From assembly GCA_964234715.1 (NCBI GenBank), contig OZ174277.1: a stretch of 64,000 bases of DNA, one strand, 5' to 3'. Origin of the DNA: Podarcis melisellensis (taxonomy: Eukaryota). Every line of letters begins with the position of its first letter. Position 1 is the stretch's first letter. The notes under the pieces were generated by a model. The model did not search any database and was not told the DNA's origin. It saw only the letters and a program-made list of their open reading frames with translations. Both the position numbers and the translations under genes were made by a program. Below, in pieces: positions 25,679 to 39,349 of this stretch.

Positions 25679-25780
25679 CTAAATTCTGCTTGGGATGCTT
25701 TAAATAAAGCATGGAAAGAACGTGTTGACAAACTTGAGGAAGCAATGCAAGCGGCTGTTCAGTATCAAGATGGATTGCAG
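25679..25780 (+). CDS. DST: DST exon 16 [10 protein letters not shown]...QDGLQ
   Basis: CAG|...|GTAAGG, phase 0-0. Confidence 0.95.
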
Positions 25781-26228
25781 GTAAGGTTATTTTAATCTTT
25801 AAAATTTACAAGCATTATCTAATATTTTTTTTTCTTTTTTAAGGATAACATTTTTAATCAGCCCCTGATTTGATTCTGAATTGTTGGTTCAGAACAATTG
25901 AAAATGTTGGTTTTCACTTAACCTATAAAGCACTTAATGGTTGTATACTATTATGACCTCATCTTCATCCTCCTGCAAGTTCTTAGATCGTCAGCTTTTG
26001 AATTTGCTTGGGAACAGCACCCCAAATTTTTCTATTACTATACCAAGTTTGTATGATGAAGAATTCTCAGGCAAAATGCAAGCCTATGTTCTTCTTTCTG
26101 GCAGCACAAGACAACCTGGTTGTTCGGGCTGGCTTTTGGTGGAATTGGGTATTTTAATTTGATGTTAATGGATATTCTGTTGGTTTTACTGATCCTGATT
26201 TTATAATAGTGTTGCATTCCCCTAAAAC

Positions 26229-26370
26229 AAGAGGTTGGGGAAACCTGTGGTCCTCCAGATGTTGTTGAACTTCAGTTCTCATCAGTGCCAGCCCACATAG
26301 CCAACACTCAAGGATTATGAAAACTGTAGTCCCAGCAACACCTGGAGGGCCCCAGGTTCTCCATCTCTCC
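26229..26370. mobile_element. short palindromic hAT-type MITE
   Basis: 8-bp TSD CCTAAAAC (26221-26228, 26371-26378); same family as 14329 and 44621. Confidence 0.75.
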
Positions 26371-26793
26371 CCTAAAACACAGGGTGGGGCAGCTAAATTT
26401 CTAAATGAACAATTAATAAATATGTATACTAGAGCATGAACCATCCAAAGTTAAATGCATGTTATGGGTCATACAATGTGCTACATTGGAGATGTGTGTG
26501 TGTGTGAGAGAGAGAATCATAGTACAGGGGACATTTTAAAAATTAACCCCCCCCCTTTTTTTCTTTCCACCCTGAGCTGCTGTAGAAGGAAAATCATAGG
26601 GGCACGATACTGACCTATGCATAGGTATTTTTCCTTGTGACTAGTTCAGATGTAGAGACAAATCTTGGTTTGCTGTTACTTGTACAAACCAGGGCAATCA
26701 TCAAACTCACATGTTTTCCCCTCTTCCCTTTCACTCCCCTTTATGCATTGGAGGAACAAATGTAAAGCTTTAGTTGTGGTTTGTAACAAACGG

Positions 26794-27162
26794 TAAGGTA
26801 AAGGTAAAGGTACCCCTGCCCGTACGGGCCAGTCGTGTCTGACTCTAGGGTTGTGCGCCCATCTCACTTAAGAGGCCGGGGGCCAGCGCTGTCCGGAGAC
26901 ACTTCCGGGTCACGTGGCCAGCGTGACGAAGTTGCTCTGGCGAGCCAGCACCAGCGCAGCACACGGAAACGCTGTTTCCCTTCCCGCTATAAAGCGGTAC
27001 CTATTTATCTACTTGCACTTAGGGGTGCTTTTGAACTGCTAGGTGGGCAGGAGCTGGGACCAAAAGACGGGAGCTCACCCCACTGTGGGGATTCGAACCA
27101 CCGACCATACGATCGGCAAGTCCTAGGCACTGAGGTTTTACCCACAGCGCCACCCGTGTCCC
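26794..27162 (-). mobile_element. Sauria SINE
   Basis: reverse strand begins GGGACACGGGTGGCGCTGTGGG (A box), has B box GGTTCGAATCCC and ends in an (ACCTTT)n tail; flanking ACAAACGG duplication. Confidence 0.88.
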
Positions 27163-28069
27163 ATACAAACGGGTTAGAGCAAATTATCAAATGCTGGTTT
27201 AGATGCCTCACGTGCTCAGATTTTGATGGAACAGGAAACTATCGTTTGTTACAAACCAGTAATGAAGCTTCACATTTCTACCACTTCATGTTTGAAGTGG
27301 GGGAAAGGAGATGAGGAGCACATGATCCTGAGACTTGCTGCTGGTCATTCACATAATGAAAAACCATGACTTTTTATTGCATCTGTTCAAGACCTATATG
27401 CCAGTAAATTGAGGATGCATCAGTAGATCAAGAGACCCTCCGCTGAAAGAGTTTGGTCACGATGATACATTTAGCTCAGACAAAATGGGAGATGGTGACA
27501 TTCAAACCAAAGGGGGGGGGGCTAAGCTTTTTTTGGCAAGGTCCTTTGTAGTTTGGACAAAAGATTCACTTGGTAGATTCTATACATTTTAATTTGCTGG
27601 TATGTCATGGTAGTTGACATGAAATTTGTCTCCAATAGAAGCATGTCTATAATTGAATATCTTCACATTTTATGGCTGCTAGCTTCCTAACCATCTATTG
27701 ATAAGGTTCAGGTTATAGTTCAGGTACACTGGGTGTGTAATAGGAGTGCTAAACTTAGCTGATGATTTTTCAAGCACATTTTTTAAAAAAAGAATTGGTT
27801 AAACAGTGCTAAGAACAGAAATGTTAAAAGTAGTTTATCTCAATTTTTAACATCTCTTTCCCCCTCCCCTCACCACTGTACATTATAAGCATTACATGTC
27901 GCTTTTTGATCAACAGCTCAATTCTAGAAAGATTACTAATTGCTTATTTCAATAAAGATAGCTTTTCCATATCACAAGGTTTGAAGGTCAGTTTTATAGC
28001 ATTTACCTATGTGATTGTAACTGATCCTATAACCAGGTTTTAATCTGAACATATTCCTATTGATTTGTT

Positions 28070-28375
28070 GTTGTTGTTAGAATTTATGAACCGCCCCATA
28101 CCTATAGATCTCAGGGCAGTTCACAGAACAAAATCAAAATATAAAACCACAAAATATATAATCAAAATAACAACCCAATACCCCCCCCCCAAAAAAAAGA
28201 ACCACATTTTAAAAGGGCATAGGATTAAATCAACCAAAGGCCTGGTTAAAAAGGAACGTTTCTGTCTGGCACCTAAAATGTGTATAATGAAGGCGCCAGG
28301 CGAACCTCCCTGGGGAGAGCATTCCACAGACGTGGTGCCACTGCAGAGAAGGCCTGTTCTCATGTTGCCATCCAT
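28070..28375 (-). mobile_element. L2-like LINE 3' fragment
   Basis: tttatgaaccgcccc...agggcagttcaca...ggggagagcattccaca...gagaaggcc pattern typical of reverse-strand LINE 3' ends; tentative. Confidence 0.5.
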
Positions 28376-30252
28376 AACATCTGATGGTGATTTGATTCTA
28401 TTCAGTGAGCAACATCCCACATATTCCAAAATTATCATATTTAATGACTGGCCTTGCTAAATTTTATCTGCTCAGCAGAACTTTGGATCATTTGTAAATT
28501 GTAAATGAGGTTCCCGTTTCACTGCTTTGGATCACATACATTGCTTGTAAAGACAGAATAACTAACTACCTGTTGGAACAAGGATGAGGACCCTCAGTCC
28601 TGGGCGGGGAAAACCAAAGCAGCCCTCCAGCCCTCTCTGCCTGGCCTTTTGCACTCACCCCAGGACACCCACCTTCAACTGCACCCCCTTCCCCCAGGTC
28701 ACAGTCAGCCTTACTTTATACCCACTTTGAGTGTTTTTGCCTGGCTGGATTGTGTTCTTGAACTCTGATAGTGCCTCTTAGTAACCTGGATGAGAGTATG
28801 GAGTGGAGTGTGTAAGTGTGTGTAGAATCAAGCCTGCTATATGAAGGTAAACTGTAGTTGCTTTACCCACTTTTGCCTCTGGGCTTGCTCACTATTGTGG
28901 ACTACAGTCTGGAAAAAGGGTTCCCCATCTCTGCATTAGAAACTGCATTGCACGTGGGACCATGGTAAAATGTTAAGAGGCAGGAGAACATCGTAACCTT
29001 ATGCCCAATTACTTTTTAGACTCTGGTTTTTGTTTTTTAAAAAGACCAGAGGGTCCCAGCAACATGCTTATTTCTATATTTCAGCTTTCTTGGCTTTAAT
29101 TCCTAACCTAAAAGCCACCAGTTTCTTAGTCTTTATCCTGCATTGTCTCCAGTATGACATTATGTCTGGAAGACACTTGCAGAAGCAGTGCGTACTCCAA
29201 AAAGATGTGGATCTTTCCCACCAAATGGAACTAAGCAGGCTAGTTCCTAGATTTTATTGGGGTAGGAGAGGTGCTCTTTGATATATTGACATGCACATGT
29301 ATGCATGCTCTTAAATGGAATACCTGCTGCCAAGTTGGAGGTGAAGTGTGAACACAACTGCTCAGGCACAGCTGATGTATGATCCCCGGTAGTAGTTCAC
29401 ACCTCATTAATGGGGAGTGAAGTGGCCTTTGCTATCCAGTGTTATGCAATGTCCTTGAATGTTATGAAAATCTGGCTCCCTCTGCTGCATTTTTACCCAT
29501 CTTGAGTCATAGATATGGCACCGGGAGAATATCACCCTCTGAGCTTCCTCTAAAGACCTTCAGATATCTTGAGAATTTTAATAAATGATTTGACTCATAC
29601 ATTCCAGAAGGACAGCCAGATCACACTATCTGTTACCTCAAAACCAACAAAGAGATTTGTGGCACTTTAAAGTTCAATACTAGGCATGACCCAATGAAAC
29701 TTATTCGCAGGTAGGTATTAGAGGATTGCAACAAATACGTGACAATAATTTGGTTGGTTCATAAGACGCCACAAGATTCTCCATTGATGTGCCAATTGTA
29801 GGTTTTCTGGGGATTAAAATATTTGGCAACTCTTATATTCAGAAAAGAAGTGCACAAAAAGTTGTCACAGTTGAAAAACCCAGAAGAAAATTCTAAATTC
29901 TTTGAACAGGCAACAACTGTTTTTTTTGGGGGGGGGGTTATGTTCCTGACCCCCCGTGCGCATCAGTGGAGTGTGCATAAGCCCACTCTGCCCCTTTATG
30001 CCTCTGCCCCCCCCTTTCAGGTCATGTCCAGGTTGTGGTGATGCGCATGTTCACAGTTATGCACATATTAGACAAGCATGAAACAGTTATTGCCTGTAAT
30101 ACAGTTTTATTCAGTAGCAAATATACAGTACTTATTGGCATTCACAGATCAATTATTATTATGTTGCTTGCACCTACTATGAGGCTATGCTATAGCATTA
30201 CTTGGACTACTATTTTACCTGATTTTCTTATTCTTATTCAATATGTTTACAG

Positions 30253-30354
30253 GCCATATTTGACTGGGTGGATATCGCTGGCAGTAAATTAGCTGCGATG
30301 TCACCAGTTGGAACAGACCTAGAAACAGTAAAACAACAGACAGAAGAAATGAAG
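30253..30354 (+). CDS. DST: DST exon 17 [10 protein letters not shown]...TEEMK
   Basis: CAG|...|GTATGA, phase 0-0. Confidence 0.95.
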
Positions 30355-32766
30355 GTATGAAACAGTAACTTCTTATGAATGTACATCTTTCTGTTAGTGT
30401 TAGTGTTCCAAATCGCTTTGCATTCAGTCTGTAACAAAAAGTAAATTATTTTCGTATGGGCATGTTGTTTAAAAATCTACAGCCTTTCTGAGTCTGAAAG
30501 TAATATGACATCAGTTTCCTCTCTGAGTTAATTGTGGATTTTTTTCAAGAGCGGTTATTTTTCCATCACTGCATCAATTACTTTTATGACACCCAGCTTC
30601 CCTTTTAGAATGTGCACAAGTTCCTGCAAAGCCTGTCATTCTTCATACCATGGATTAGTCCTAAACATTCATAGATCTCTTCATTTCCACCGCAGCCCAC
30701 TGGACTATAAAGCAAAATCCCCAGCCAACTCTAAAAGCAATATTTGGAATGGAAATATGACTCATTCTTTTCATAATACCTGGATGCTGCTGTGTGCTTT
30801 GCACAGGAAGCAGAGATGGTATAGGATATCCTGTTTTAGGGCACAGGATTAGACTGGATGAATCCACTCCAGCCCTGTTATTATTGTATGTGCAAAGCAG
30901 GGCTTGAATATGTTGGGAAATTAAACAGGAAATTTAACCGCCAATATTTAAGCCCTGTCTCTCAGCAGGGGTTGAAGATTGAAAATTAGGGTTAAGAAAT
31001 TACTTCTAAAAATGAAAGCAGGGATTAAGAGATTATCAAAACAGGGCAGAGTGGTGATAGTGATGCATCACCTTGACCCAGGGGTATATAGTAACAGGGG
31101 TGAAGGGGAAGCTTCTCTCTTATTGAATCAGTGTGTATCTTTGGTAAAAGATGTTAGGCTGGATAAGGAATAGGATTTTGTGAATGGGTCACATCAGGGA
31201 GGCTTCAGGGAGTGTTGGCTGGCCGCCCAATGACTTGCAGAGTGTGCTGAGGGCTGAAAGAAGTCAATGATGAAACCTTCTTCCTTGGATCTTCAACAAG
31301 CTTCGGGTGTGCAAAGGATTCCCTTCCTCTTCTGTGCCTGGCTCATCTGGTTTTGCATAGCTGCTCTTGGTCTGTGGGTCCCTGTACTTAACAGGTTTAA
31401 CAGCCTTCTCAATAAGCATGTTTTTAAAGCTCTGAAGAAATGCCTTTTGACAAAAGAGAAAGCATTTGTTAACATCAACCACTGACATTCAAAACTCATG
31501 ATATAGAGTTTGTCCTTTCCACAACCAAAATTAATATCAGATGAAAAAAATTCTCCGTTGGGTGGTTTTCCTTCCTCCATGCCTTTTGCAAACACTGTAG
31601 GGATATTTTGAATAAGGATGTATTATGGACATATCCACATGGCCATCTGCCTTGAGCTCCATGCTGCTGTGTGCATTTGGAAACTGGGATATGACCCCTG
31701 GAATGGCTGTTGCCATTTCCTCTAAGGCTAGCAACATTCCTCTAGCAACAGAAATCCCATAAGTCATGCAGTTGGTGGGGAAACTAATGTCGCTAAAGCC
31801 TTGAGCATATTCTCACATTGGTGATTGGTTGCTGAAGTGCCGTTCTTCCACATCTCTATATTTATTTATAATCACATCTAATTCAGAAATGTAAAGATGT
31901 TAACAAAAGGCATGCCCAGAACTGCGACTCATGTAAAAATACAAGGGGTAGACTCTTCTGGATTCAGCTAATTTATTTATTACATTGCTTAGTTACTCCA
32001 TAATCAAAGGAGTGTCAAACAATTAAAATAATTTAAAGTATAAATCCAATAAAACGTGAAATAACACCGCTAAAAAATGTAGAAAACAACAGCCATGTCA
32101 GAGCAGACTTGGTCAACAGTCATGGAAATATAACAACGAACAAGAGAGAGCCACAAAATATTGTTGTACAGGTAAAGCTATATTCTAACCCTCAATGAAT
32201 GCTGACATTAATATCTGTGTGTGTGTGTGTGTGTGTGTGTGCGTGCACGCGCGCATTGTCACAGCCAACAAGCTATGTTTCTCACCTCTCTTTCCAATGC
32301 CATGCTGCTTACCAAGAGGGGCAGGGTGAATGCAACAAGAGCTCAACGTGGTGCAGGTGTGGGTACAGATGCTCCCACTTCTGTACCCACACCTGTTGCC
32401 TTGGCTCTGCTACTGTCCCTCTTGGTAAGCAGCAGCAATGGATGGCATTGGGAAGACAGGAAACAAACACTCAGGTGCAGCAGCTGCTACTGCATTCACG
32501 TGCGCGCACACACAAACTGATTTTTAAATTTGTTTTAAAAGTTCCTGCTTTTGCATGCTGGATGCGTTTTCTTTTCCGGTGCAGGAGTGAAGCGTGCCTT
32601 CTGTGTTAATTTGGAGAAAACACATGCCTTGGTTATTGGAAATCCAGGGGCAGAAATATCCGGTGTGACCTATTTGGCAATTTTGAAATAAGGACAGAGC
32701 ATCCTACTAAGCACTCTTCTCTAGGTGATATTCATTGTTGACTATTGTCTTCCTTGGTTTCCACAG

Positions 32767-32940
32767 CAATTTAAGAAAGAAGCCTATCAGCAGCAGATTG
32801 AAATGGAACGGCTGAACCACCAAGCAGAGCTGTTGTTGAAGAAGGTGACAGAGGAGAGTGATAAGCACACCGTACAAGACCCCTTGTCTGAACTTAAGCT
32901 GTTGTGGGAAAGTCTGGAGGATAAAATTGTTAGCCGCCAG
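32767..32940 (+). CDS. DST: DST exon 18 [10 protein letters not shown]...IVSRQ
   Basis: CAG|...|GTAAAT, phase 0-0. Confidence 0.95.
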
Positions 32941-33283
32941 GTAAATGGAAACTGAAAGGGTAATATTCTGCCTTATGTTGCCATGAAATGCATGTTCTCT
33001 GACACTCGTGCTCTGAAATTTCAATAGCAACAGTTTCTACATGGAAACTCACTTGTGTGTCAAAGTTTATTACGTGACCTAGGGAGGGAGTTCTCAAAAT
33101 TGTGGCCATTCAGGTAATCCATAGCAGGTCGGCATCAAATACTCATATTACTTTTTAACAGTTTTTTTATTTATTATTTTCAGTTAACATATTGCATCGT
33201 ATTTTTAGTGTAGTACAATTTGAATTGATTGGAATGCAAATTGTGCTACAGCAAAATACAATACACTGGAAATAACTTTCTGA

Positions 33284-33455
33284 CAGTAAGAGCTCTTCGA
33301 CAGTGAAACGGACTCCCTCAGAAGGTGGTGGACTCTCCTTCCTTGGAGGTTTTTAAGCAGAGGTTGGATGGCCATCTGTCATGGATGCTTTAGCTGAGAT
33401 TCCTGATTTGCAGGAGGTTGGACTAGATGACCCTCAGGGTCCCTTCCACCTCTAC
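33284..33455 (+). mobile_element. CR1 LINE 3' end
   Basis: gtggactctccttccttggaggtttttaagcagaggttggatggccatctg...ggactagatgaccctcagggtcccttcc, characteristic CR1 3' terminus. Confidence 0.8.
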
Positions 33456-34664
33456 AGCAATAAAAATATCACTTAAAATCATAAAGCATCTAGCACGTTA
33501 CATTACAGTTGCTACAACAGACAGAAAAATCATGGAATGGCCCACCAAGACCATCAACATTTTTTAGTGGCCATGGGGGGGAAAGGAGTTTGGAAACCCT
33601 GAGCTTAGGGGATTTTCTGCAGTGCTATGGAAATGCAATGCAAACTTTAAATTGAGCTATATTTTAGGGTAGTATGGTCAAAATCTTACGATCCACAAAT
33701 TGAGCCACTACAAGGCAATTTGACACAAGGAGACAGCTGCCACACGGAGTAGTTTCCAATAAGCTTCCGGGCAGCAGATGTTTCCTGCAAATCAGGCTGT
33801 TGTTGTTGTAGCTATGAAGCTAGAAGCTGTACACCATAGTTATTTTTATTTATTTCTATGGGTTCACCAAAGTGCATTAGAAAAAAATATGCTAGTCCCT
33901 GCCCCAAGCAGATGGCAGGAGAACATATTCCAGTGTGTTTAGGGTCAGTGGTTTATTGTAAGTTGCTACACCACAATATTACATCAGACATATGAGGTAC
34001 ATGGGGAGAGATGGTTGGGTTTCGATGGTGGAGCTCCATCTTCAAATTCTGACCCAAACACGAAGCTCAGTAGTTGGTGTTGATCAACTCTGTCTCTTTG
34101 ACTAACTATCCAAGTTCCTTGGATGATAAAATGATGCCTTTTATATCACAGCTCATCCTGGGATGGATTTCTAAAAATAAATAATTGCAAAAGAACTTTA
34201 GCTTTGTGCCATCTGCCTAGAATTGTTTGCAGATAATGTTGCTGCTTTCAAGCGCATTACACAAAATTTAGATGGCATCTCTTATTCCAGGAGCAGTTGG
34301 TGACAAGGGGGAGGGGGCGGCGCTTTGCCTTTGGCATCCTGGGAGTGGGGTCACTGCTGCTCACCAAGAGGGTGCAGGACAAGGTGGTGGGGAGGTTGAG
34401 TGTTGGGTGGACATGTTGGTGGGAGTGCTAGATAGGCTCTGCTGTTCAACCTGCACAGTGTCAAACTGCTGGCTGCCTCACCTCTCAATAGTTGACAGCG
34501 ACTCCACTGCCAGGAGGCCAGGTGCATGGTGACGCACCTCCTTGCTGACCACTCTTGCCTTATTGCAATCATTCATTTGAGGTTTGATGCAACTAAGGAC
34601 ATTTTAAGTCGCTTGCGGCCTTAACATAAAGTAATAATTCCATCCATTCCCCCTTTTTTTACAG

Positions 34665-34820
34665 CATAAGCTGGAAGGTGCTTTGTTGGCTTTGGGGCAG
34701 TTCCAACATGCCCTGGATGAGTTGCTCGCATGGCTCACCCATACAGAGGACCTGCTGAATGAACAGAAACCTGTGGGTGGTGACCCCAAGGCTATTGAAA
34801 TTGAGCTGGCCAAACATCAT
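34665..34820 (+). CDS. DST: DST exon 19 [11 protein letters not shown]...LAKHH
   Basis: CAG|...|GTACGT, phase 0-0. Confidence 0.95.
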
Positions 34821-36698
34821 GTACGTAACTGAGAATTCTGAGATTCACTGTTTTAGATATATCTGGATCCTTTTTATGGCAACATTTGCAAAGAGCATTT
34901 TCGGACATCACCAAATCATGATTTCAAAGGATGCAAGCCCAAAGATAAATTTGTATTACAAAACTTAATTGCTAACATACAGATATTGCTGTTTCCTCCC
35001 TTTTTTACGTTTCCCAGTCATGGATGGTTCAGAACATCTCATTGGTAAAAACAACAATGTATTCTTGGCAAAGCATCACATACCTGTCGTGGCTTAATAA
35101 ATGAATTGCAGGTACAGAAAGGGTTCAGCAAACACTCACTCTTAGGTACTTCCTGCTCATTTAAGTCTTCCATGCTAGAGAGTACTTCCTCTTTGATCAT
35201 CAAAAAATTCAGGAACTTGGCAAGCAGTTGCCATTGTCCTAAAAGAGTGGAGGGGAGAAAAAGTGGCACCTGTTTCTGTAATAGAAGTTTGACTTTTTCA
35301 AATTGATGGACATTTATTTAAAACAATGAATAATAAATCTTTTTCCATGTTCGACTTGTAACACAGAAGTGAGAGTGTATTCAAACATAGTTCTCACTTC
35401 ACTAAATCACATCATACACAGTAAGTTTCCCTTTCCTGCACTATGAAGACCATTACGGTGATATAATTTCATTTCTCTTACCCCAAATCTGAATGTTACA
35501 CATAGGATCAATCCACTTAATGATTTCTGCAACAAACATCCATTTCCGTTATTTTCATATGGCAAATTTTCTTTATTTGCCCATTGACTTAAATACCATT
35601 TTCTTCAAACTCCCTAAAAATGTTTCTCTTGATTTGGCAGCCATCCCTGGGATGCAATGTCCATTCTCACAGGGTTCGGCATATAGGAAGATTTGGATAG
35701 CTTGGCATAACTTTATGAAGAAATTAGCAGAATGTTACATAACACCCCTGAACCCATATACTTTGAGCCTTGATGCACTCCCCATGCTTTGGCCACTTAG
35801 CCATCCTTAGAAGTCCTAAATAGGAGGAGCTATCCATGGGGACAGGCAATTGCACCTCTCTCTTGACTGAACCATAATCCTCAAACTCAGAGCTTTCATT
35901 TTTTTAAATAGCAGGTTTCTATAATGAATAGGATAATAGGAGGAGCATAATAGGAGATGAAATATGTGGACAGTATTCTACTACATGGAGAGAAATTAGG
36001 CTGCTCCCCCACCTTCATTGTTGGCTACCAACCAAGATGGCTTTAAAATCGGATTAGAAAAAAAATGCATGGAGAAGAGGCCTATCGATTGCTACTAACC
36101 ATGAACAATATGCCTGCACAATTGGAGTCATCAGTGCTTCGGAAGACCAGTTGCTGGAAAGCCCAGGAGATTGGGAGTGTTCTTGTGCTCAAGTGCTGCT
36201 TTTGCATTTCCCAGAAGCATTTGGTTGGCCACTGTGAAAACAGGATGCTGGACTAGATGCCCACAAAAAAATAATTCTTGTGAATGCCCATGCCTCCTAG
36301 TTAAGTTAATGGGATGCTATCATGTCTGGATTCCCTTTGTATCAACCATTACAGTAATGTTGTAAGAAATACTTTCCTATTAGTAGAGTATAAACAGTTA
36401 TGATAGTAAAGAAAAATATGATAGTAAAGAAAAATGGTCATAGCTTCTTTTATAAATAGAGCACACTAAAATATGTAATGATTTTTTGGTAGTAAAGATA
36501 ATGCTGTTAGGTCAGGGATAATTGTAAACTATTAATGATAGTCCCATTCCCTTAGGCAGACTCTGAATCCTGTATGTGCTATTCTTAAATACTGTCCGCA
36601 AAGTTTTTTACTGATATTATTATGTTGCTACTTTAGTACAACTGAGTGAAATTAGCGTTTTTAAAATACGGCGAGGCATGACATGTTTGTAACTGCAG

Positions 36699-36896
36699 GT
36701 GCTGCAAAATGATGTCTTGGCTCACCAGTCCACTGTGGAAACAGTTAAGAAAGCAGGAAATGACCTTATTCAGTCAAGTGCTGTTGAAGAAGCGAGCAAT
36801 CTGCAAAGCAAGCTGGAACTTCTGAATCAGCGATGGCAAAATGTCTTGGAAAAAACAGAAAAGAGGAAGCTGCAGCTGGACAGTGCTTTGATCCAG
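36699..36896 (+). CDS. DST: DST exon 20 [10 protein letters not shown]...SALIQ
   Basis: CAG|...|GTGTGT, phase 0-0. Confidence 0.95.
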
Positions 36897-37347
36897 GTGT
36901 GTATGAGAAACTGAACAAAAGGGAAATAAACTTGCATCAAATTAATATATTTGAGCACATTTCAGCCAATGTTAGGTTCTTTTACAGTCCTACTGATTTC
37001 CACAGGAGAATTGGGAACCCAGTTAGTTAGCTTTCTGTCATTGAAATTGTAGGACTCAGAAATGGATAATTTCGGCTGGATTGTGCCCTTGGAGAACTAG
37101 CAATAATTTGAAGTATCAAGCTATAGATCATAACTATCACTGAGCCTGAGTTTGTGTGCTTAAGTACCCATTTGCACAGCAGTTTTTCTCTGTCTGTGCC
37201 TAACTGTACTGTAATTAATATTTGCAGTCATATTTACTGTATGGATTTTAAAAAATGCATTTCCAATTGGAATTATTTGAAATATAACACCCACATCTAT
37301 ATATCTCCAATAAAAGTTTCATACAATTGATGTAATGTTTGTGGGCC

Positions 37348-37439
37348 TTTCTTTCTTTCCTTCCTTCCTTCCTTCCTTCCTTCCTTCCTTCCTTCCTTCC
37401 TTCCTTCCTTCCTTCCTTCCTTCCTTTCTTCTTTCTTTC
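37348..37439. repeat. (TTCC)n/(TTTC)n microsatellite
   Basis: direct read. Confidence 0.95.
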
Positions 37440-37640
37440 ACATTTTACCCTGTTTCATTATACGGACAACAATTTGCAGTTTTTACTCCAGAGGATATCT
37501 CTGGTTTAGTAGCATTTCTTTTTAGAGTTTTTTCCCCTTAAGTCTGATTTCATAGGCTCAACATTTACAACCCCTTAGCTGATGTAGCATGTTAGGTTAT
37601 TGAAATATGTTCTGAAATGCTGTGGTGATGTATCACTTAG

Positions 37641-37769
37641 GCCCAAGGTTTCCATGGTGAAGTTGAAGATCTGCAACAATGGCTGACAGAAACGGAGCGT
37701 CAGCTTTTGGCATCGAAACCAGTTGGTGGTTTACCAGAGACTGCAAGAGAACAGCTTAATATCCATATG
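37641..37769 (+). CDS. DST: DST exon 21 [10 protein letters not shown]...LNIHM
   Basis: TAG|...|GTAAGG, phase 0-0. Confidence 0.95.
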
Positions 37770-37946
37770 GTAAGGATCTCAATATTGCAGATGGTCCCAA
37801 TTTGGAAGCTAAACTTTTGTGGCCGTTTGTAGTGAAACATTTGCAAAGTGAAATGCCTGTAAGGTTTAATGAGAACACTCTCTTATTTTTTTTTTTTTTT
37901 TTTGTAATTTACTAAGTAGCAAAACTGATTGAGCAGTACATGTGTA

Positions 37947-38113
37947 TGTCTGAGCAGTTCTCAGCATTATTTTACGGGGAAGAAAAAGACTTTAAGGGTA
38001 TCGTTGATGACTCTGTTACTCAGCTATAAAGTTTAGCTGAGTACTAGAGTCATCAAGAATACCCTTAAAGTCTTTTTCTTCCCTGTAAAATAATGCTGAG
38101 AACTGCTCAGACA
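37947..38113. repeat. near-perfect inverted repeat (80-bp arms, 7-nt spacer)
   Basis: TGTCTGAGCAGTTCTCAGC...CTCAGCTA-taaagtt-TAGCTGAG...GCTGAGAACTGCTCAGACA, about 5 mismatched positions. Confidence 0.95.
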
Positions 38114-39178
38114 GTTGAGTTTTTCTTTTTTCCTTTTCTGTATATCCTCTTCTTTAAACCAGATTGTTTTTGAATTTACTTGCAGTCTCAAATTTGAGAG
38201 CTTATTCTATTGTTCCTTAGCTTTTGTTAGAACATTTTTTAAAAAGCTAGCCAATGATTGCAGAACATTCTCCATTTATTATTTCCTGCCTCATCAATAC
38301 AACTCATGTTACCAGTACACAGAGGCAAAGACTGTACTCCAGACAGCACAATGGTATTCTTCTTTTCAGTGTCTGAATGAAGTAGTTCAGAGCCAAAACC
38401 TCATTAACAGTTGCCTGCCCTCTTCTACTTAGAATATAAGATTAAGTTCTTAACTGCAACTAGGTTCAGATTTAGGTTATCATTCAGTGGTGCTGCAAGC
38501 ATGTGCAGCATTGCAACCAAGATCTGGAATGTAAAGAAATGGCACTCACGTGTGGGAGAGAGCTTTTCTACTTCCTTTTTTAATGAAACAGCTTTTAAAT
38601 AGAACAGCCAGCCCCAGGCAAACAAGGCACACAAAACTGCCTTTCTTTGCACCCCAGCCTTGGTGTATATTTCTTAGAAAAGCTAACTTAGACGATAAGT
38701 ACATATTTGACGGAGGTGCAAAGCGTAGCTGATGGGTTTTTCTGTAAGCAGCTTCACAATCTTCTGTGGTTATGCCTTTGTTTTCGATCAGCTTTGATCA
38801 CCATGGCCTGGTAAGATGGTTCATTTCACGCAGAAATTTAAGGGTGCAGGCCAAAGCTTATGACTGTCACACACACAAGTAGTAAATCAGATTTTACTGG
38901 GCTATTTCTTGTGTTCTGAACAGCCCTTGTTTTAGCCTCTCTTTTGAACCTGGAGAGGGAAGGGAGAAGTGGCATATCCATGCCCCTGGAAATAAGTTGT
39001 GGGCTGCAGACTGCCCAGGTTTGGAAATGCACAGTGGCACCTCCTTTGTTCAACTCACATTAACTCCCCAAAATATAGCTAGCATGTTTAAAGTAATATG
39101 TGAAACTTTTAAGGGGGTAACATTTTCGAATAAATGTTTATGCATTAACGATTTGCAATACTTTCCCTCTTTGTTTAG

Positions 39179-39349
39179 GAACTCTGTGCTGCCTTTGAAG
39201 CTAAAGAAGAAACATACAAGTGTCTGATGCAAAAGGGCCTACAGATGCTTGCAAGATGCCTAGAGACTATTGAAACAAATGTTGAGCAGGACATAAATAA
39301 TCTTAAAGAGAAATGGGAATCGGTGGAAACAAAGCTGAGTGAAAGAAAA
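39179..39349 (+). CDS. DST: DST exon 22 [10 protein letters not shown]...LSERK
   Basis: TAG|...|GTATGT, phase 0-0. Confidence 0.95.

Noticed and set aside
26794-27162. tRNA genes suggested by A/B boxes (also at 44836)
   Set aside because: The boxes belong to tRNA-derived Sauria SINE heads; no cloverleaf.
32216-32514. (TG)n-GCGTGCACGCGCG Z-DNA-prone tract with a short inverted partner near 32500
   Set aside because: Low-complexity purine-pyrimidine alternation pairs easily by chance; no further support.
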